Below are positions 63,774 through 64,000 of a DNA stretch of 64,000 nucleotides, in pieces. The stretch covers positions 36,084,001 to 36,148,000 of the forward strand of contig NC_042998.1 of NCBI RefSeq assembly GCF_006345805.1, written 5' to 3'. How positions within the stretch are numbered: the first letter of the stretch is position 1; each line of letters begins with the position of its first letter. Below the pieces are notes generated by a model. The model was not told where the DNA came from, did no database searches, and was given only the letters and a program-made list of their open reading frames with translations. Origin of the DNA: Octopus sinensis. Taxonomy: Eukaryota. Both the position numbers and the translations under genes were made by a program.

Positions 63774-64000
63774 TATTCTAAGATGTATATCTCGTCGTAT
63801 GTGAATGCTACTGGAAGCCTATAATTTCCGAGGGTAGTTAAAGAATTCTATAATGTAAGAAATATTAAACAAAACTATTTGAAAAAATAACACCAAACAT
63901 AGGAAATAAAAAATGCGAAAATAAATAATGGGTTGATTTACAAAGCAGTAAAGAGTTGGAAAGGTTCTAATAGATTTTAATGTCAACCAAAAGGTAAAAC

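Overview
AT-rich, microsatellite-saturated, transposon-dense eukaryotic DNA. The SINE families (tRNA heads with CORE-like and Nin/Deu-like domains) and (TA/CA)n density point to a coleoid cephalopod, most likely Octopus (inference). I found no host protein-coding exon, rRNA, real tRNA or CRISPR array I can support, so the window reads as intergenic or deep intronic; most track ORFs are translations of microsatellites or SINEs. Supported content: a decayed Ty3/Gypsy pol with PPT and 3' LTR start; three full-length mariners, two of them one family in inverted orientation; two DDxD Tc1/mariner relics; two non-autonomous Helitrons, one retaining the C-terminal PIF1 helicase; RTE-, CR1-like and probable Tx1-like LINE fragments; Penelope-like element (PLE) fragments; about 30 SINE copies; several MITE/foldback palindromes. 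Most interesting signal: about 11 hammerhead-ribozyme (HHR)-like motifs, including a head-to-head pair of Pol III tRNA-headed, HHR-tailed SINEs (a retrozyme-like architecture) and a three-copy family with a non-canonical core. Also notable: a PLE GIY-YIG domain split by a long Asn/Ser/Thr-rich insert, a Helitron flanked by a 43-bp duplication, a foldback whose loop copies a neighbouring PLE, and SINE multimers with recurrent junctions. All translations and folds were done by eye; boundaries of decayed elements are approximate, and single-base indels could be sequencing errors.
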